Sequence record: MW250786
Reading direction: 5' to 3' (one strand)
Origin: Escherichia phage UPEC06
DNA length: 64,000 bases
Every line of letters begins with the position of its first letter. Positions within the stretch are counted from its first letter, which is position 1. The position numbers and the translations under genes were made by a program. The notes beneath the pieces are model-generated. The model had not been told where the DNA came from, did not search any database, and worked only from the letters and a program-made list of their open reading frames with translations. Positions 37,915-47,938 of the stretch are shown piece by piece.

Positions 37915-38161
37915 CTCCTGTAATTACCGAAGTGCTTTTCTTTGTCTTACCATTTGAAGTCTTGATATGAGTATCTGCATGAGGACAATACACCACATTC
38001 AGACTCATATCTCCTGGGTTAGCTTTGAGACGATAAATCTTACAACCTGCCTCTTTCATTTCTTGCGGTAAAATGTAATTAGTAGTCTTATCGACAACAC
38101 CCTTTTGATCACAACCGGAAATGAAACATATCATAAAAATCGCAGCAATAATCTTTTTCAT
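37895..38161 (-). CDS. putative lipoprotein
   Basis: Signal peptide with lipobox-like FISGC. Confidence 0.45.
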   Translation of the reverse strand: MKKIIAAIFMICFISGCDQKGVVDKTTNYILPQEMKEAGCKIYRLKANPGDMSLNVVYCPHADTHIKTSNGKTKKSTSVITGDVDYGY

Positions 38162-38508
38162 TTTACCTCCATCATAAATACTTTAACTTTTCGTACCTCT
38201 AATCTTACTTTATTAGAGCCTTGAAGTCTATTTCTTTTTTCAATTGCGTCATTAATGTCGCCATAGAAGTAGTGATCCTTACCTATTGTTGGTATTCCAT
38301 TGCCGCCTTGCATAGCCAGTGTATACATTTCTTTTCCACCTTGCAACCCTTTTGATACTTTTTCTTCAAAATATTTATTGAATTGGGTTGGTGAAGTGTC
38401 AATTTCTACATCATCTTCCCATCCCATAACTTTATCCCAAAAACGGTCAATCTTGTCAAGAACTTTGTTACTAATCTTTTTAATCTTCTTCAACATAATC
38501 TTCCCCAT
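38158..38508 (-). CDS. hypothetical protein
   Basis: 116-aa basic ORF. Confidence 0.4.
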   Translation of the reverse strand: MGKIMLKKIKKISNKVLDKIDRFWDKVMGWEDDVEIDTSPTQFNKYFEEKVSKGLQGGKEMYTLAMQGGNGIPTIGKDHYFYGDINDAIEKRNRLQGSNKVRLEVRKVKVFMMEVK

Positions 38509-38968
38509 TATTTATTTGGATACCGAAACGATTTTCATTTGAAGAAAAGAAACCCATCTTCATCCGATCAATCTCGTGTTTCATAACTTCCTGCATCGTT
38601 AATTTAAGGATTTCTTTGTTTAATTTTGGCTTAACTTCACGGAGCTTGTCAAGAAGTTTTTCCATTTCTTCTTTTACTTTTTCTTCCTCATTTTCTATCT
38701 CTAATTGGTCCATTGCATCTTTACAAACACAGCAATGGCCCACAACTCTTAAAATATGATTTTGTATAGGTAATGCTTTTCTTCCACAATACCCACAAAC
38801 AATAGACCCACCGGAGTTTCGAGCATCCACTGTCAATGTAGGTTTGGCCCCTTCTGCCTGAGAATTCCAAGTCTTTTTGCCTTGATAATCAAACATAAAG
38901 AATTCGTAGGATCTTTCATCAACGTGATCTTCGAGCATATGTAAAGTTCTTGTATTGAAATGTTTCAT
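38480..38968 (-). CDS. hypothetical Cys-rich protein (possible zinc-binding)
   Basis: 162 aa with CGYCGRK...HCCVCK cluster; first gene of - strand block at divergent promoter region. Confidence 0.45.
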   Translation of the reverse strand: MKHFNTRTLHMLEDHVDERSYEFFMFDYQGKKTWNSQAEGAKPTLTVDARNSGGSIVCGYCGRKALPIQNHILRVVGHCCVCKDAMDQLEIENEEEKVKEEMEKLLDKLREVKPKLNKEILKLTMQEVMKHEIDRMKMGFFSSNENRFGIQINNGEDYVEED

Positions 38969-39004
38969 TTTTAAACCCTCGTTGTTTGTATGAGCTAACT
39001 ATAC

Positions 39005-39018
39005 GAGAACTTGAGAGG
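39005..39018. promoter_or_regulatory. GAGAACTTGAGAGG motif copy in divergent promoter region
   Basis: Same 14-mer as the iteron-like repeats at 47.94-48.11 kb; lies between divergent genes at 38968 and 39089. Confidence 0.4.
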
Positions 39019-39088
39019 AAGATCAATACTTGATTTGTATTTTATTTTCATTATACTGTGCACATCTAAAACAAGAAGGGGATAAGAA

Positions 39089-39652
39089 ATGAGTCAAGAT
39101 AAAGAGTTAGCCATTGCGATATCCGTAGCTGCTTCTGCCCATGTTGACCAAGTAGATAAAGGGGGGAATATCTATATTCTTCATCCTTTGCAGGTGATGC
39201 AAACATTGCAGCAAAAGGGAAGGGAAGATTTAATGGCAGCAGGAGTTTTGCATGATGTGATTGAAGATACTGAAATCACTATGGAACACCTCTTTAAAAA
39301 GGGGATTTCAGAAAGAACCTTAGTGATTGTCGATGCAGTGACAAAGAAACGTAAGCAATCTTCATCTGATTACCTAGAGGGGATTTTAGAGAGTGAGGGT
39401 GCTTGTCATGTTAAGCTTGCGGATCTTAAACACAACTTAGATATTCTGCGAACTTGTAGCACCACAGAAAAAGACTTGCAACGGGTCAGGAAGTATGTAA
39501 CAATGCACTTGTTGATTACGGAGATGGTTGATTGGTATGAAAGTATCGGAAGGTATCTCGATTATTGTGATTCTTTTGCCTATTGTAGCTATCTCGACGA
39601 ACGTAAAGAATTTGTTCAGAAACTTATTAAAAAATGGAAGGAGTTTAAATGA
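39089..39652 (+). CDS. HD-domain phosphohydrolase, SpoT/RelA-hydrolase-like (putative (p)ppGpp hydrolase)
   Basis: Signature AAGVLHDVIEDT with upstream His; 187 aa consistent with a stand-alone hydrolase domain. Confidence 0.55.
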   Translation: MSQDKELAIAISVAASAHVDQVDKGGNIYILHPLQVMQTLQQKGREDLMAAGVLHDVIEDTEITMEHLFKKGISERTLVIVDAVTKKRKQSSSDYLEGILESEGACHVKLADLKHNLDILRTCSTTEKDLQRVRKYVTMHLLITEMVDWYESIGRYLDYCDSFAYCSYLDERKEFVQKLIKKWKEFK

Positions 39653-40182
39653 AAAAGGTATTAAGTATCGAACCTTTCACAACAACATACTTTGACGATT
39701 TGGAACGTTACGGTGATTATGGGGTACAAGACGCTGATGGTTGGAAAGAATTCCCTGAAGAAACAAAAGGCCACATTACAAAGTTAGGTTGTAAGATTAA
39801 TGGATCTGAACCAAAAGGTGTTTACACCATGTTTTCTTTCCTTGAAGCTATGAATCCTACATACAAGGGGGATAGACAATTTGGTTTTTCTTTTGCATCA
39901 TTCCTTACTTGTAGTTGTGGTCATGGTGGTTGTGCGGGCTATCATGATAATGTGGTTATTCGACGTAAAAAGAATACCGTGATGGTCATGGGTAAAAAGG
40001 AAGATGGTTATGACGAAGGTGTTGTATTGACAGGTGAATCTGTTGTATACTTCGATAAAAAGCAGTGGGACGGTGTTCTAGAACACTACCTTAAACTCTT
40101 CAAAGAAAGTCCTGATGGTGTTTTTGAAGATGCGGGTTTTATGTTTACTGGTCGTTGGGGGACTAAAAATTTTTCAAAATAA
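39649..40182 (+). CDS. hypothetical protein
   Basis: 177-aa ORF, ATGA overlap with upstream gene. Confidence 0.5.
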   Translation: MKKVLSIEPFTTTYFDDLERYGDYGVQDADGWKEFPEETKGHITKLGCKINGSEPKGVYTMFSFLEAMNPTYKGDRQFGFSFASFLTCSCGHGGCAGYHDNVVIRRKKNTVMVMGKKEDGYDEGVVLTGESVVYFDKKQWDGVLEHYLKLFKESPDGVFEDAGFMFTGRWGTKNFSK

Positions 40183-40252
40183 TTTAAAAACTTGTTGACT
40201 TAAGAAATAGAAAAGATATACTTATCACATCAAAAACAAGAGGAGATATAAA

Positions 40253-41482
40253 ATGCAAGAAACTTATCAACGTATGGACCAAACCATGTTCAAAAAACGT
40301 ATCAGTGTTCGTGATATGGAATCACTGATTCGCCTGGGGGCTTCCATCGGAAAGACCGTATTCTTTTTTGGTGGTGCTGGTCTTGGTAAGTCTGAAAAAG
40401 TAAAACAGATCGCTGATTCCATGTTCCCACATCGTGTAGGTAATAACCTTTGTGATGTTCGTCTGTCGGATAAAGAGCCACAAGATATCGCAGGTATTCC
40501 GATTCCGATCTCTTATCCAGATCCGAAAACTGGTAAAGAAGTCACTCGTACCGTATACGCAGTTCCAAACTTTTGGCCTACTGATCCTGATTGGGAAGGT
40601 ATCGTGTTCCTGGATGAACTGCCAAATGCACCATTGGGCACTCAGCACTCTGCATATCAGGTTATTCTTGATCACGTTGCAGGTGAGCATAAGTTCCCGA
40701 AAGGTACTGTGTTTGTAGGTGCAGGTAACCGTGATACTGATGGAGCAGGGACTACTTCTATGCCTGGTCCATTGGTTAACCGTATGATCATTGCAGAAGT
40801 TGATTATAATCTGGATGTGTGGATCGAAGACTATGCGATTCCGTTCCGTCTGCACCCGAACATTATTGGTTTCTTGAAGCAGTTTCCAGAGCATTTCTAT
40901 ACTGGTGACGTAGAAAACCGAAGTACTCCGGTTTATTCATCTCCTCGTCAATGGAAAACAGCATCTGACATTCTGTACAAGTATGATGCGGGTGAGATTA
41001 ATGAATTTATCGCAGAGGTTGCTCTTGCAGGTACAGTTGGTGAAGGCTTGGAAGTACAGATCCTTGCTTATCACTTACGTGCTAAAGAACTTCCACCTAT
41101 TGAAGATATCTTCAGTGGTGCAGTGGAAGAACATAAACTTGATCGCAGCAAGAACGACCTTGTTTACGTACTGGCACAAACTGGCCTTCGTCGCATGGAA
41201 GATGAAGTGATGGATAATGATATGCCGGATGATAAGTTCCTTGAACGTGCAGGTAACTTCCTTACGTTCATGTACAATAACTATTATGCGAACAACAAGG
41301 ATACGATGATTGCTTTGATCTTGGGCGTGTTCCGTGGTCCAAACGATAAGCCATCTATCTTGACTGTTAACCCGAAACGTCAGAAAATGATTCCGCTTAT
41401 GCGTAAGAGTTGCCCGACTGTTTCTGCCGCAGTTATGGAATACATGACTCGCTATGGTCAACTGATTAAAGAATTCGAATAA
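40253..41482 (+). CDS. MoxR-like AAA+ ATPase (CobS/RavA-type)
   Basis: Walker A FFGGAGLGKS, Walker B IVFLDELPNA, sensor-like VFVGAGNR; RBS AGAGGAG. Confidence 0.65.
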   Translation: MQETYQRMDQTMFKKRISVRDMESLIRLGASIGKTVFFFGGAGLGKSEKVKQIADSMFPHRVGNNLCDVRLSDKEPQDIAGIPIPISYPDPKTGKEVTRTVYAVPNFWPTDPDWEGIVFLDELPNAPLGTQHSAYQVILDHVAGEHKFPKGTVFVGAGNRDTDGAGTTSMPGPLVNRMIIAEVDYNLDVWIEDYAIPFRLHPNIIGFLKQFPEHFYTGDVENRSTPVYSSPRQWKTASDILYKYDAGEINEFIAEVALAGTVGEGLEVQILAYHLRAKELPPIEDIFSGAVEEHKLDRSKNDLVYVLAQTGLRRMEDEVMDNDMPDDKFLERAGNFLTFMYNNYYANNKDTMIALILGVFRGPNDKPSILTVNPKRQKMIPLMRKSCPTVSAAVMEYMTRYGQLIKEFE

Positions 41483-41562
41483 TCTCTTGACAACGAAAAA
41501 CAGTTAACTTAATATAAGGGCATCTCGAAAGAGGTGTCCTTTTTTAATTTGGAGAAAATGAA

Positions 41563-43095
41563 ATGGCAAAACTGACGATTGAAGAAAGTAACATGATTGA
41601 AATGCAAGTCTCTGAAGCGGAACGTATCATTGAGGCTGCTAGTCTACAACTGATGCGTTTTAAACCCTTCTACGGGGTGATGCTTTCGTCTATGCCTGTT
41701 AAAAAGGCAACTGAGTGGTGCAGTACAATGGCGACTGATGGACGCAACCTATACTATCATCCAGAATTCATTGCAGGTATGACAGAAGAACGTAAAAAAT
41801 TAGTACTCGATCGACTTTCCAAATCTGAGTCCGATCCTAAAAAGCTTAAAGAGGCAACTGAATTTATTAATGTTTTTTATCGACGGAAGACCGCTCGTGA
41901 AGTTGCACTTATTCTTGAGCATGAATGTGATCATGTGATCTCTGATCACGCCTCTCGCGGTAAAGGATTTAATCATGAACTTTACAACATTGCAGCGGAT
42001 CATCGTATCAATACAACGGCTGTGCTTATTCACCAGAAAGGGGATGAGTTAGGTAAAGCCTGGTTCCCTGCCGGAGAGAGAACGGTATTTGATAAGAATG
42101 CTGAATTTGGATTTATGGCCTGGTCTTATTGTGACTTCCGATTCAAAGATATGTATACAGAGCAAATCTATGAAATCTTAAATAAAGAGCAGGACGATAA
42201 AGAAAAATCCAAAGGGGAAGGTTCTGGAAGTGGAAAAGGAGATGGTGAAGAAGGTGATCAAGGCCGTAAAGGTGTTGATCAGCACATGGACCCAAATGGT
42301 GATCCAGAAGATTCAGAAGATGATAGTATCGAAGATGCACTCGGAATCGACCGTAAAGCGAAACCTAAGCAAACAGCAGAGGAACGCCAATATAACGATG
42401 GGGTTATGCGTCGAGCCATTGAGAATGCCGTACAGGCAGCAGGAAGCGGTGCACCGGAAGATGCACGACGTTTTGTAGAGGCGGCAGGTAAACCAAAGAT
42501 TAACTATCTTCGTTTGTTGCGTAAAACTATTGAACGTCTGTTCAAAGATGATGTATCATATCGTCGTTTGTCACGCCGTAGTCACTCGTTAACTCGGACT
42601 CTCCGTAGCTCAGGTTACTTGTCTGGACGACAAACAATTGGTTTACCATCAAAGAATAAACAGAAGACTATCCGTGCAGGTGTTTTCTTTGATGTGTCGG
42701 GATCATTTAACGATGAACTGTTAAGACCAACAATGCGTGAGATTCGTGGATTGTGTAATCTTTACGACGAGTTTGAGGTCACGATGGCTTGCTGGTCAAC
42801 AAAGGTTGGTAACATTGAAACGTATACGAAGAAGAATGTGAATGAGATTGCTAACTATAAGATCAAGACCACATTTGGTACGGATGTTTCTTGTGTGTTT
42901 GAAGCATTAGATGAAATGAAAGACCCTATGGATCAGATCATCATCTATACTGACGGTTACTTTGCTGATGTATCCCAAAAGAAAGATTGGGCCAAAAAGT
43001 ATGGTAAGAATGTTCTTTGGATCATCCTGGGTCGTGGGTCTTCGTTCAATCCACCTTTTGGTAAAGCCATTGATTTTGACAAGTATCTTAAATAA
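41563..43095 (+). CDS. vWA-domain protein with N-terminal HExxH metallopeptidase-like motif (DUF2201-like MoxR partner)
   Basis: HExxH in ALILEHECDHVISDH; MIDAS-type DxSxS in VFFDVSGSF; acidic Gly/Glu/Asp-rich linker; directly downstream of AAA+ gene. Confidence 0.6.
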   Translation: MAKLTIEESNMIEMQVSEAERIIEAASLQLMRFKPFYGVMLSSMPVKKATEWCSTMATDGRNLYYHPEFIAGMTEERKKLVLDRLSKSESDPKKLKEATEFINVFYRRKTAREVALILEHECDHVISDHASRGKGFNHELYNIAADHRINTTAVLIHQKGDELGKAWFPAGERTVFDKNAEFGFMAWSYCDFRFKDMYTEQIYEILNKEQDDKEKSKGEGSGSGKGDGEEGDQGRKGVDQHMDPNGDPEDSEDDSIEDALGIDRKAKPKQTAEERQYNDGVMRRAIENAVQAAGSGAPEDARRFVEAAGKPKINYLRLLRKTIERLFKDDVSYRRLSRRSHSLTRTLRSSGYLSGRQTIGLPSKNKQKTIRAGVFFDVSGSFNDELLRPTMREIRGLCNLYDEFEVTMACWSTKVGNIETYTKKNVNEIANYKIKTTFGTDVSCVFEALDEMKDPMDQIIIYTDGYFADVSQKKDWAKKYGKNVLWIILGRGSSFNPPFGKAIDFDKYLK

Positions 43096-43104
43096 GGGGG
43101 ATCT

Positions 43105-43476
43105 TTGAGCGAGTATACTTACAAGTTATCAGTTGGTAGGCGTGGTGTAGTTATGACTATCAACATGATTAATGAAAGTGCGGAGGCTGTAAAATGGTGG
43201 GCCTCCACCTTTAACGGGAAAGGTTTTACTTTATCTCGCCATAAGATTGGATCAGGAAAGCCGATAGATCTTGTAAAGGAAGACACTTTCCTGTATCCTG
43301 ATCGTATTGCTGATGAAGATATTGATTTCCTGTCTGCTACGGTTGGTAGTCTGTTAGATGAGGAGCCAGATATTGTAAGGTTGCTCTCTTTGCTTACCGC
43401 AATGTGGTCAGCAGGTCATGATGAGGAAAGTATGCATACGATGGTAAGGAATACGTTGAGACGTTGGTCTAAGTAA
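43105..43476 (+). CDS. hypothetical protein
   Basis: 123-aa ORF; track start is TTG, alternative in-frame ATG at ~43153. Confidence 0.4.
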   Translation: MSEYTYKLSVGRRGVVMTINMINESAEAVKWWASTFNGKGFTLSRHKIGSGKPIDLVKEDTFLYPDRIADEDIDFLSATVGSLLDEEPDIVRLLSLLTAMWSAGHDEESMHTMVRNTLRRWSK

Positions 43477-43796
43477 CAACATTTCCTTTATGCCCATTTA
43501 GGCATACAATACTATATTAGATGATAAACCCCTCAACCTGCTCGGTTGCTTCGACGGGGTTTATATATCTATTAAAAAATTAACCACACTCACATTCGTT
43601 CGGTACTTAATTTTTTAAGTCACCACAAAATTGTGTTGACACCACAATCAAACAGGTGTAGAGTTAACAAGAGAAGGAAAGTTAATTGGATAAGTTTTAC
43701 ATATACTGTCTAACATTGGGATTGATCTTCATGATTGTTGGATCAGTGGGTAAAGTTTTACTCAATAGTTTTGGAATTTATTAAGAGGAGATCGTA

Positions 43797-44039
43797 ATGA
43801 GAGTACGTCAACATCGTGGTACATTGATCGAAAGTTTGAAAACTGTTAAACAGATTGAAGGTACAAAACAAGCTCTTGTGGATCATATCAACAAAGAGTT
43901 AGGTAAACCGTTTAACTTCTCTGTTGATTCGATCAGCATTGTGGAAAAAGGAGTTGATGAGCGTATCAACTGGAACAACCATCTGATCCTGATTGATGGA
44001 TTTGGTGTATTTGGTTATTGTGATCAACATCCTGTTTAA
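43797..44039 (+). CDS. hypothetical protein
   Basis: 80-aa ORF with AGGAG RBS. Confidence 0.45.
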   Translation: MRVRQHRGTLIESLKTVKQIEGTKQALVDHINKELGKPFNFSVDSISIVEKGVDERINWNNHLILIDGFGVFGYCDQHPV

Positions 44040-44159
44040 GAGGTGGTTATGGCTATTAAATGGTGGTTGTTTGTAGTTCCTGCAAATGATAATGCAGGCG
44101 GTGATGGTAAACGTGCAGTCGCACAAACCTATGTCTATGGTCGTCATTAAGGAGTTATT

Positions 44160-44567
44160 ATGGATGCTTTTTTGAGTATTGTGTTTGCACTGACAGTGGT
44201 TGATTGGGTATTTATCGGTATCTATCTACTCTGTATTCCTTTTGTGATCTGGTTTTACATTGACCTTTTGGCAGGTACTGGCAAAGTAACTGGAATGGAC
44301 TACTTCATGTTTGTTGTTGTGATTCTCATGGGGCCTTTAGCCTTGTTGTCTTTCCTTATTGCAAACATTGTGGTAAGAGGGGGCGCTATCAAACAAACTG
44401 TTCTTTTAAAGGTGAGTAGAACTGATATTGGTAAGAAGATCATTGTCTGGAACATTACACGTAAGCTTAAAAAGACCAATACCAAATGGGTTAATCCTTT
44501 AGAACGAGCCGTTCAGAAACGTCACAAAGTCTTATTGGAGAGAAAACATGGGAAACGAAATCCGTAA
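44160..44567 (+). CDS. membrane protein
   Basis: 135 aa, 3 hydrophobic helices then basic tail. Confidence 0.45.
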   Translation: MDAFLSIVFALTVVDWVFIGIYLLCIPFVIWFYIDLLAGTGKVTGMDYFMFVVVILMGPLALLSFLIANIVVRGGAIKQTVLLKVSRTDIGKKIIVWNITRKLKKTNTKWVNPLERAVQKRHKVLLERKHGKRNP

Positions 44568-44708
44568 AATCAAGTGGAAGTTTTGGGAATACGCATTGGT
44601 TGTCGCTGGATATCTTTTCGGCTACAATCATGAGGTATACTATGGCGTAAAGCATAATCGAAACATGGCGTACTTCGCGTGGAAGTTTCCAGAGCGTAAG
44701 GAAAAGAA

Positions 44709-45230
44709 ATGAAAGTCACAGAAAGCTTAGTTAAAAAGGTTCGAATAGAAGAACTCCAGGAAGAAAGGCTCGATCCTATCGAGGTTATCATTGAGAACTA
44801 TGATAATGGTAGAGGTAAGATCATAATCACCTCCGGCGGTGAGTCCTGGGTAGGCCAATGGAATGCGATGGGAGGGAGTGTAGAATCCTTTATCCAACGT
44901 GTCGATAATGACTACCTCATAGGGTGTATGGGGCGAGCACCTAAGTTCATTGAAGATAAAGATCAGGACCCTGTTTTCATTAAGAAGATGATCTTGAAGC
45001 AACGCCGGACCGATTCAATAACTAAAGGGCAGGCGAGATGGGCTTGGGATTATACGGAGACGTTTGCCCCTGACCGTGATCATATCCTTCATGGGGTTCC
45101 TTTTGCGCTTCAACCCCTGAGGGAGTTAGAAGAACCTTGGTATCTGGACTGGCCCACAAAAATCAATACAGATTATACTTATCAAAGTAAAATCCTGGAT
45201 GTTGTTCGTAAAGTAATAAAGCCAAATTAA
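44709..45230 (+). CDS. hypothetical protein
   Basis: 173-aa ORF with RBS. Confidence 0.5.
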   Translation: MKVTESLVKKVRIEELQEERLDPIEVIIENYDNGRGKIIITSGGESWVGQWNAMGGSVESFIQRVDNDYLIGCMGRAPKFIEDKDQDPVFIKKMILKQRRTDSITKGQARWAWDYTETFAPDRDHILHGVPFALQPLRELEEPWYLDWPTKINTDYTYQSKILDVVRKVIKPN

Positions 45231-45305
45231 TCACAAGAAGGGGTTGACGAGTGTCGCCCCTTGATTTAAACTTCAGTTATCGAAAGAAAGAGAGGAATCT
45301 AGATA

Positions 45306-45521
45306 ATGACTAAGCTTGTAACTTACGTGTTCGAAGGTGATGCTGTACCAACTGAATTTTTTGAAGATGTTTACAGCAATGATCGTGGAGTGGAACCTTT
45401 AAAGGTTTTACTTGTTGATGTTACCAACTATGGTGATGATATCGAAGTCACAGTGCAAGGAACAACCCAACAAGTCATTGATGAACGTATGAAGTATTGG
45501 GCACTGTTGCTGAAAAAATAA
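45306..45521 (+). CDS. hypothetical protein
   Basis: 71-aa acidic ORF with RBS. Confidence 0.4.
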   Translation: MTKLVTYVFEGDAVPTEFFEDVYSNDRGVEPLKVLLVDVTNYGDDIEVTVQGTTQQVIDERMKYWALLLKK

Positions 45522-45552
45522 AAAGTTATTTTAAATTACATAGGAGAAAGAA

Positions 45553-46173
45553 ATGGCTATCTATGCAAAACTGAAAGAAAGTAAGAAAAGTTATTTTATT
45601 TCAATGGACCCATCTAACCGACGTATGATTGAAAATCATGGTGATCGCTTCATTGTACGACCTTCCGAGAATAACGATTCTTACTTACGTCCGGTGGGTC
45701 CACGTATTGAGGGTCAGTTCTTAACATCCCGAGATATCGAAGAGTATTTTACATTCTTCCCTGAATGGTCAGCAGAGTCAGCAGAATACATCGTTAACCT
45801 AGCGATCCCAAGGGGTAGCGTTGCTATTGATGATCAGTATCTGCTGGGGGATAAATGGGGTGACTACAAGATCAAAACAAGTCATCCAAATATGTGGCGA
45901 CTGTATAACTCCGATAATCCTGACGATTATGTTATGCTTAAGCAAAGTAATTTGGAGAAATACTTCACCTTACAGGAAGATAGCTTAAAGAAAGCATTGG
46001 CTAAGTTTGACAATTACACACCTGCACCTGTAGAAAAAGAACAGGAAGTTGTAGATACGGATGTTTTTGAATTGAAGATTAAACGCACAGTAAGGGTTAA
46101 GGATGCAGAAATCACAGAGGACAATCTGGATCAGTTCATTGCACAGCTTACTAAACTGGTTAAAGGAGAATAA
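45553..46173 (+). CDS. hypothetical protein
   Basis: 206-aa ORF with AGGAGA RBS. Confidence 0.5.
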   Translation: MAIYAKLKESKKSYFISMDPSNRRMIENHGDRFIVRPSENNDSYLRPVGPRIEGQFLTSRDIEEYFTFFPEWSAESAEYIVNLAIPRGSVAIDDQYLLGDKWGDYKIKTSHPNMWRLYNSDNPDDYVMLKQSNLEKYFTLQEDSLKKALAKFDNYTPAPVEKEQEVVDTDVFELKIKRTVRVKDAEITEDNLDQFIAQLTKLVKGE

Positions 46174-46176
46174 AAG

Positions 46177-46491
46177 ATGATTATCGATCAAAGAACGCAA
46201 GTAGTTATTGACAAGACTTTCAGTGTACGTAAAAGTATCATTGCAGACATTAGTCTTGAGCGTATGACCGAAGAGGGTATTGATACTTCTGTAAACTACC
46301 CCTTGATGGAAGAAGACTTCCTACGTAAAATTATGAAACAGGGTTTTACCGACCATGTTCAGATAGAGACGAACAAAGATATGTGGTTAGTCTTTAAACT
46401 GTCTGCCGATACTGATCACGAACAAGAATTCAATGCGGCATTGGCCTGGATTCTTAAATACTGTGATGACAATGACCTAGAGGTAATGTAA
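46177..46491 (+). CDS. hypothetical protein
   Basis: 104-aa ORF, 3 nt after previous stop. Confidence 0.45.
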   Translation: MIIDQRTQVVIDKTFSVRKSIIADISLERMTEEGIDTSVNYPLMEEDFLRKIMKQGFTDHVQIETNKDMWLVFKLSADTDHEQEFNAALAWILKYCDDNDLEVM

Positions 46492-46718
46492 TGTACAAGC
46501 TTCCAAAGAACTTTCGATTCTATCGTGATCTGAAATTAAAGACTGTACTGTTTGTCGAGAATTTAGAGTTGGAGGAGTTTTATGGTTTTGAATGGTATGA
46601 AGGGGATATGGGAGAGATGAACCTCAAGAATGTTCTCGAATTTTGGGGCAATGATGATGGGGAAGGATACAGCCCCACTCCAAAACACGAGCTTTCCCTT
46701 GTTGAGATCAGAGACTAA
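46491..46718 (+). CDS. hypothetical protein
   Basis: 75-aa ORF, overlapping stop/start. Confidence 0.4.
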   Translation: MYKLPKNFRFYRDLKLKTVLFVENLELEEFYGFEWYEGDMGEMNLKNVLEFWGNDDGEGYSPTPKHELSLVEIRD

Positions 46719-46823
46719 CAAAATAAGGGGTCTAAACAGGCCCCTGTAAGCATAAACAAGTACAAGACGATAAATGACCTTACCAAAGATAAAAGGTCCT
46801 CACAAACGCATACAGGAGCTTAC

Positions 46824-47642
46824 ATGGCCTACCGTAAATTTGACCCACTGATCATTTATGAAGTTGTCCCAATGAGTATAGCCAACCCTCATGGTTTGCA
46901 ATCACCTACTCCACTTGATCATAAAACAATGATCAGGAATGCAGAGTACACTTTAAGAGATCTAGAGAATGAGGAGATTGAAAGTGCTGTGCATGGGTTG
47001 AAAGACCTGATCCGTGAACTTGATACGGATGATTCTGTTCAAGAATATATTGAAAAGTCAGAGGCACTAATCACGAAGTTTCATGAATACCGCACTAAGG
47101 TATCTCGTATTCTTGATGAAGCTTTTGATCCTTCATTAAAAGACCCGATAAAGGATGACAAAGCAATACTCTTGCTTAGTCAAATAGCTGACGCTACTGA
47201 CAACATGGACCCTGGTTTTGTAAGAGCTGATCATACCTGTGTAGATCAGTTTCCTTTAGCTTATCTTAAATCCAAAAAGGCATTCGGTAGTCTGGCTTTT
47301 GTCTGGGAGTATGAGAAAGATTCCCTTACTCGTTACATCAATCGGGTAGGTAAGAAAGATATTTCAGTTACATTGAACATCTTCTCTGACGGTTCTTTGA
47401 TGGTTCATAACAACTGGACAAAAGAAAGTATCCTCTTTGGTAAAGAAAGAGATCAGAAATTTAAACTGGTAAACTATATCCGTTTCGCAACAGAGGATAG
47501 TAAAATGGGTAAGTCATTTAAAGAGGAGGACTTTAAAACTTTCTTTGAAGACTGGCTTTCCCCAACAGAAGAAGAGATCCAACTATTCAAAGCTGTGAAT
47601 GGGGATGTTTCGTTCGACCTGTACACACTCTTTAACGAGTGA
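46824..47642 (+). CDS. hypothetical protein
   Basis: 272-aa ORF with AGGAG RBS; last gene before repeat region. Confidence 0.5.
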   Translation: MAYRKFDPLIIYEVVPMSIANPHGLQSPTPLDHKTMIRNAEYTLRDLENEEIESAVHGLKDLIRELDTDDSVQEYIEKSEALITKFHEYRTKVSRILDEAFDPSLKDPIKDDKAILLLSQIADATDNMDPGFVRADHTCVDQFPLAYLKSKKAFGSLAFVWEYEKDSLTRYINRVGKKDISVTLNIFSDGSLMVHNNWTKESILFGKERDQKFKLVNYIRFATEDSKMGKSFKEEDFKTFFEDWLSPTEEEIQLFKAVNGDVSFDLYTLFNE

Positions 47643-47770
47643 TATTTGTTCGCTGAAACAAATTCAAATTTCAGATCCAAAATATATTTGAGATATTTCC
47701 CTGTGATATTTGTTTCATGGGGAATTTTCAGATTTCAATTTGAAATTCTATTTGAGATAAATTTAAGACT
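47641..47770. repeat. short direct repeats (GATATTTGTT, AAATTTCAGAT, TATTTGAGATA, each x2)
   Basis: Interleaved direct repeats in AT-rich non-coding DNA; approx coords. Confidence 0.5.
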
Positions 47771-47938
47771 CCTGCCACCGTGCCCCCTCCATACTGTGTC
47801 ATTCCTGCATACCTGCACCACTAGATCAACTTAGTTGATGCCCCTTCTTACAGACTCACCCTCCAGATTCAATACGTTACTGTTCCAGTATACCTGTGAT
47901 ACAAAGCAAACATACGACACTAGTGACCAAAATAATTT

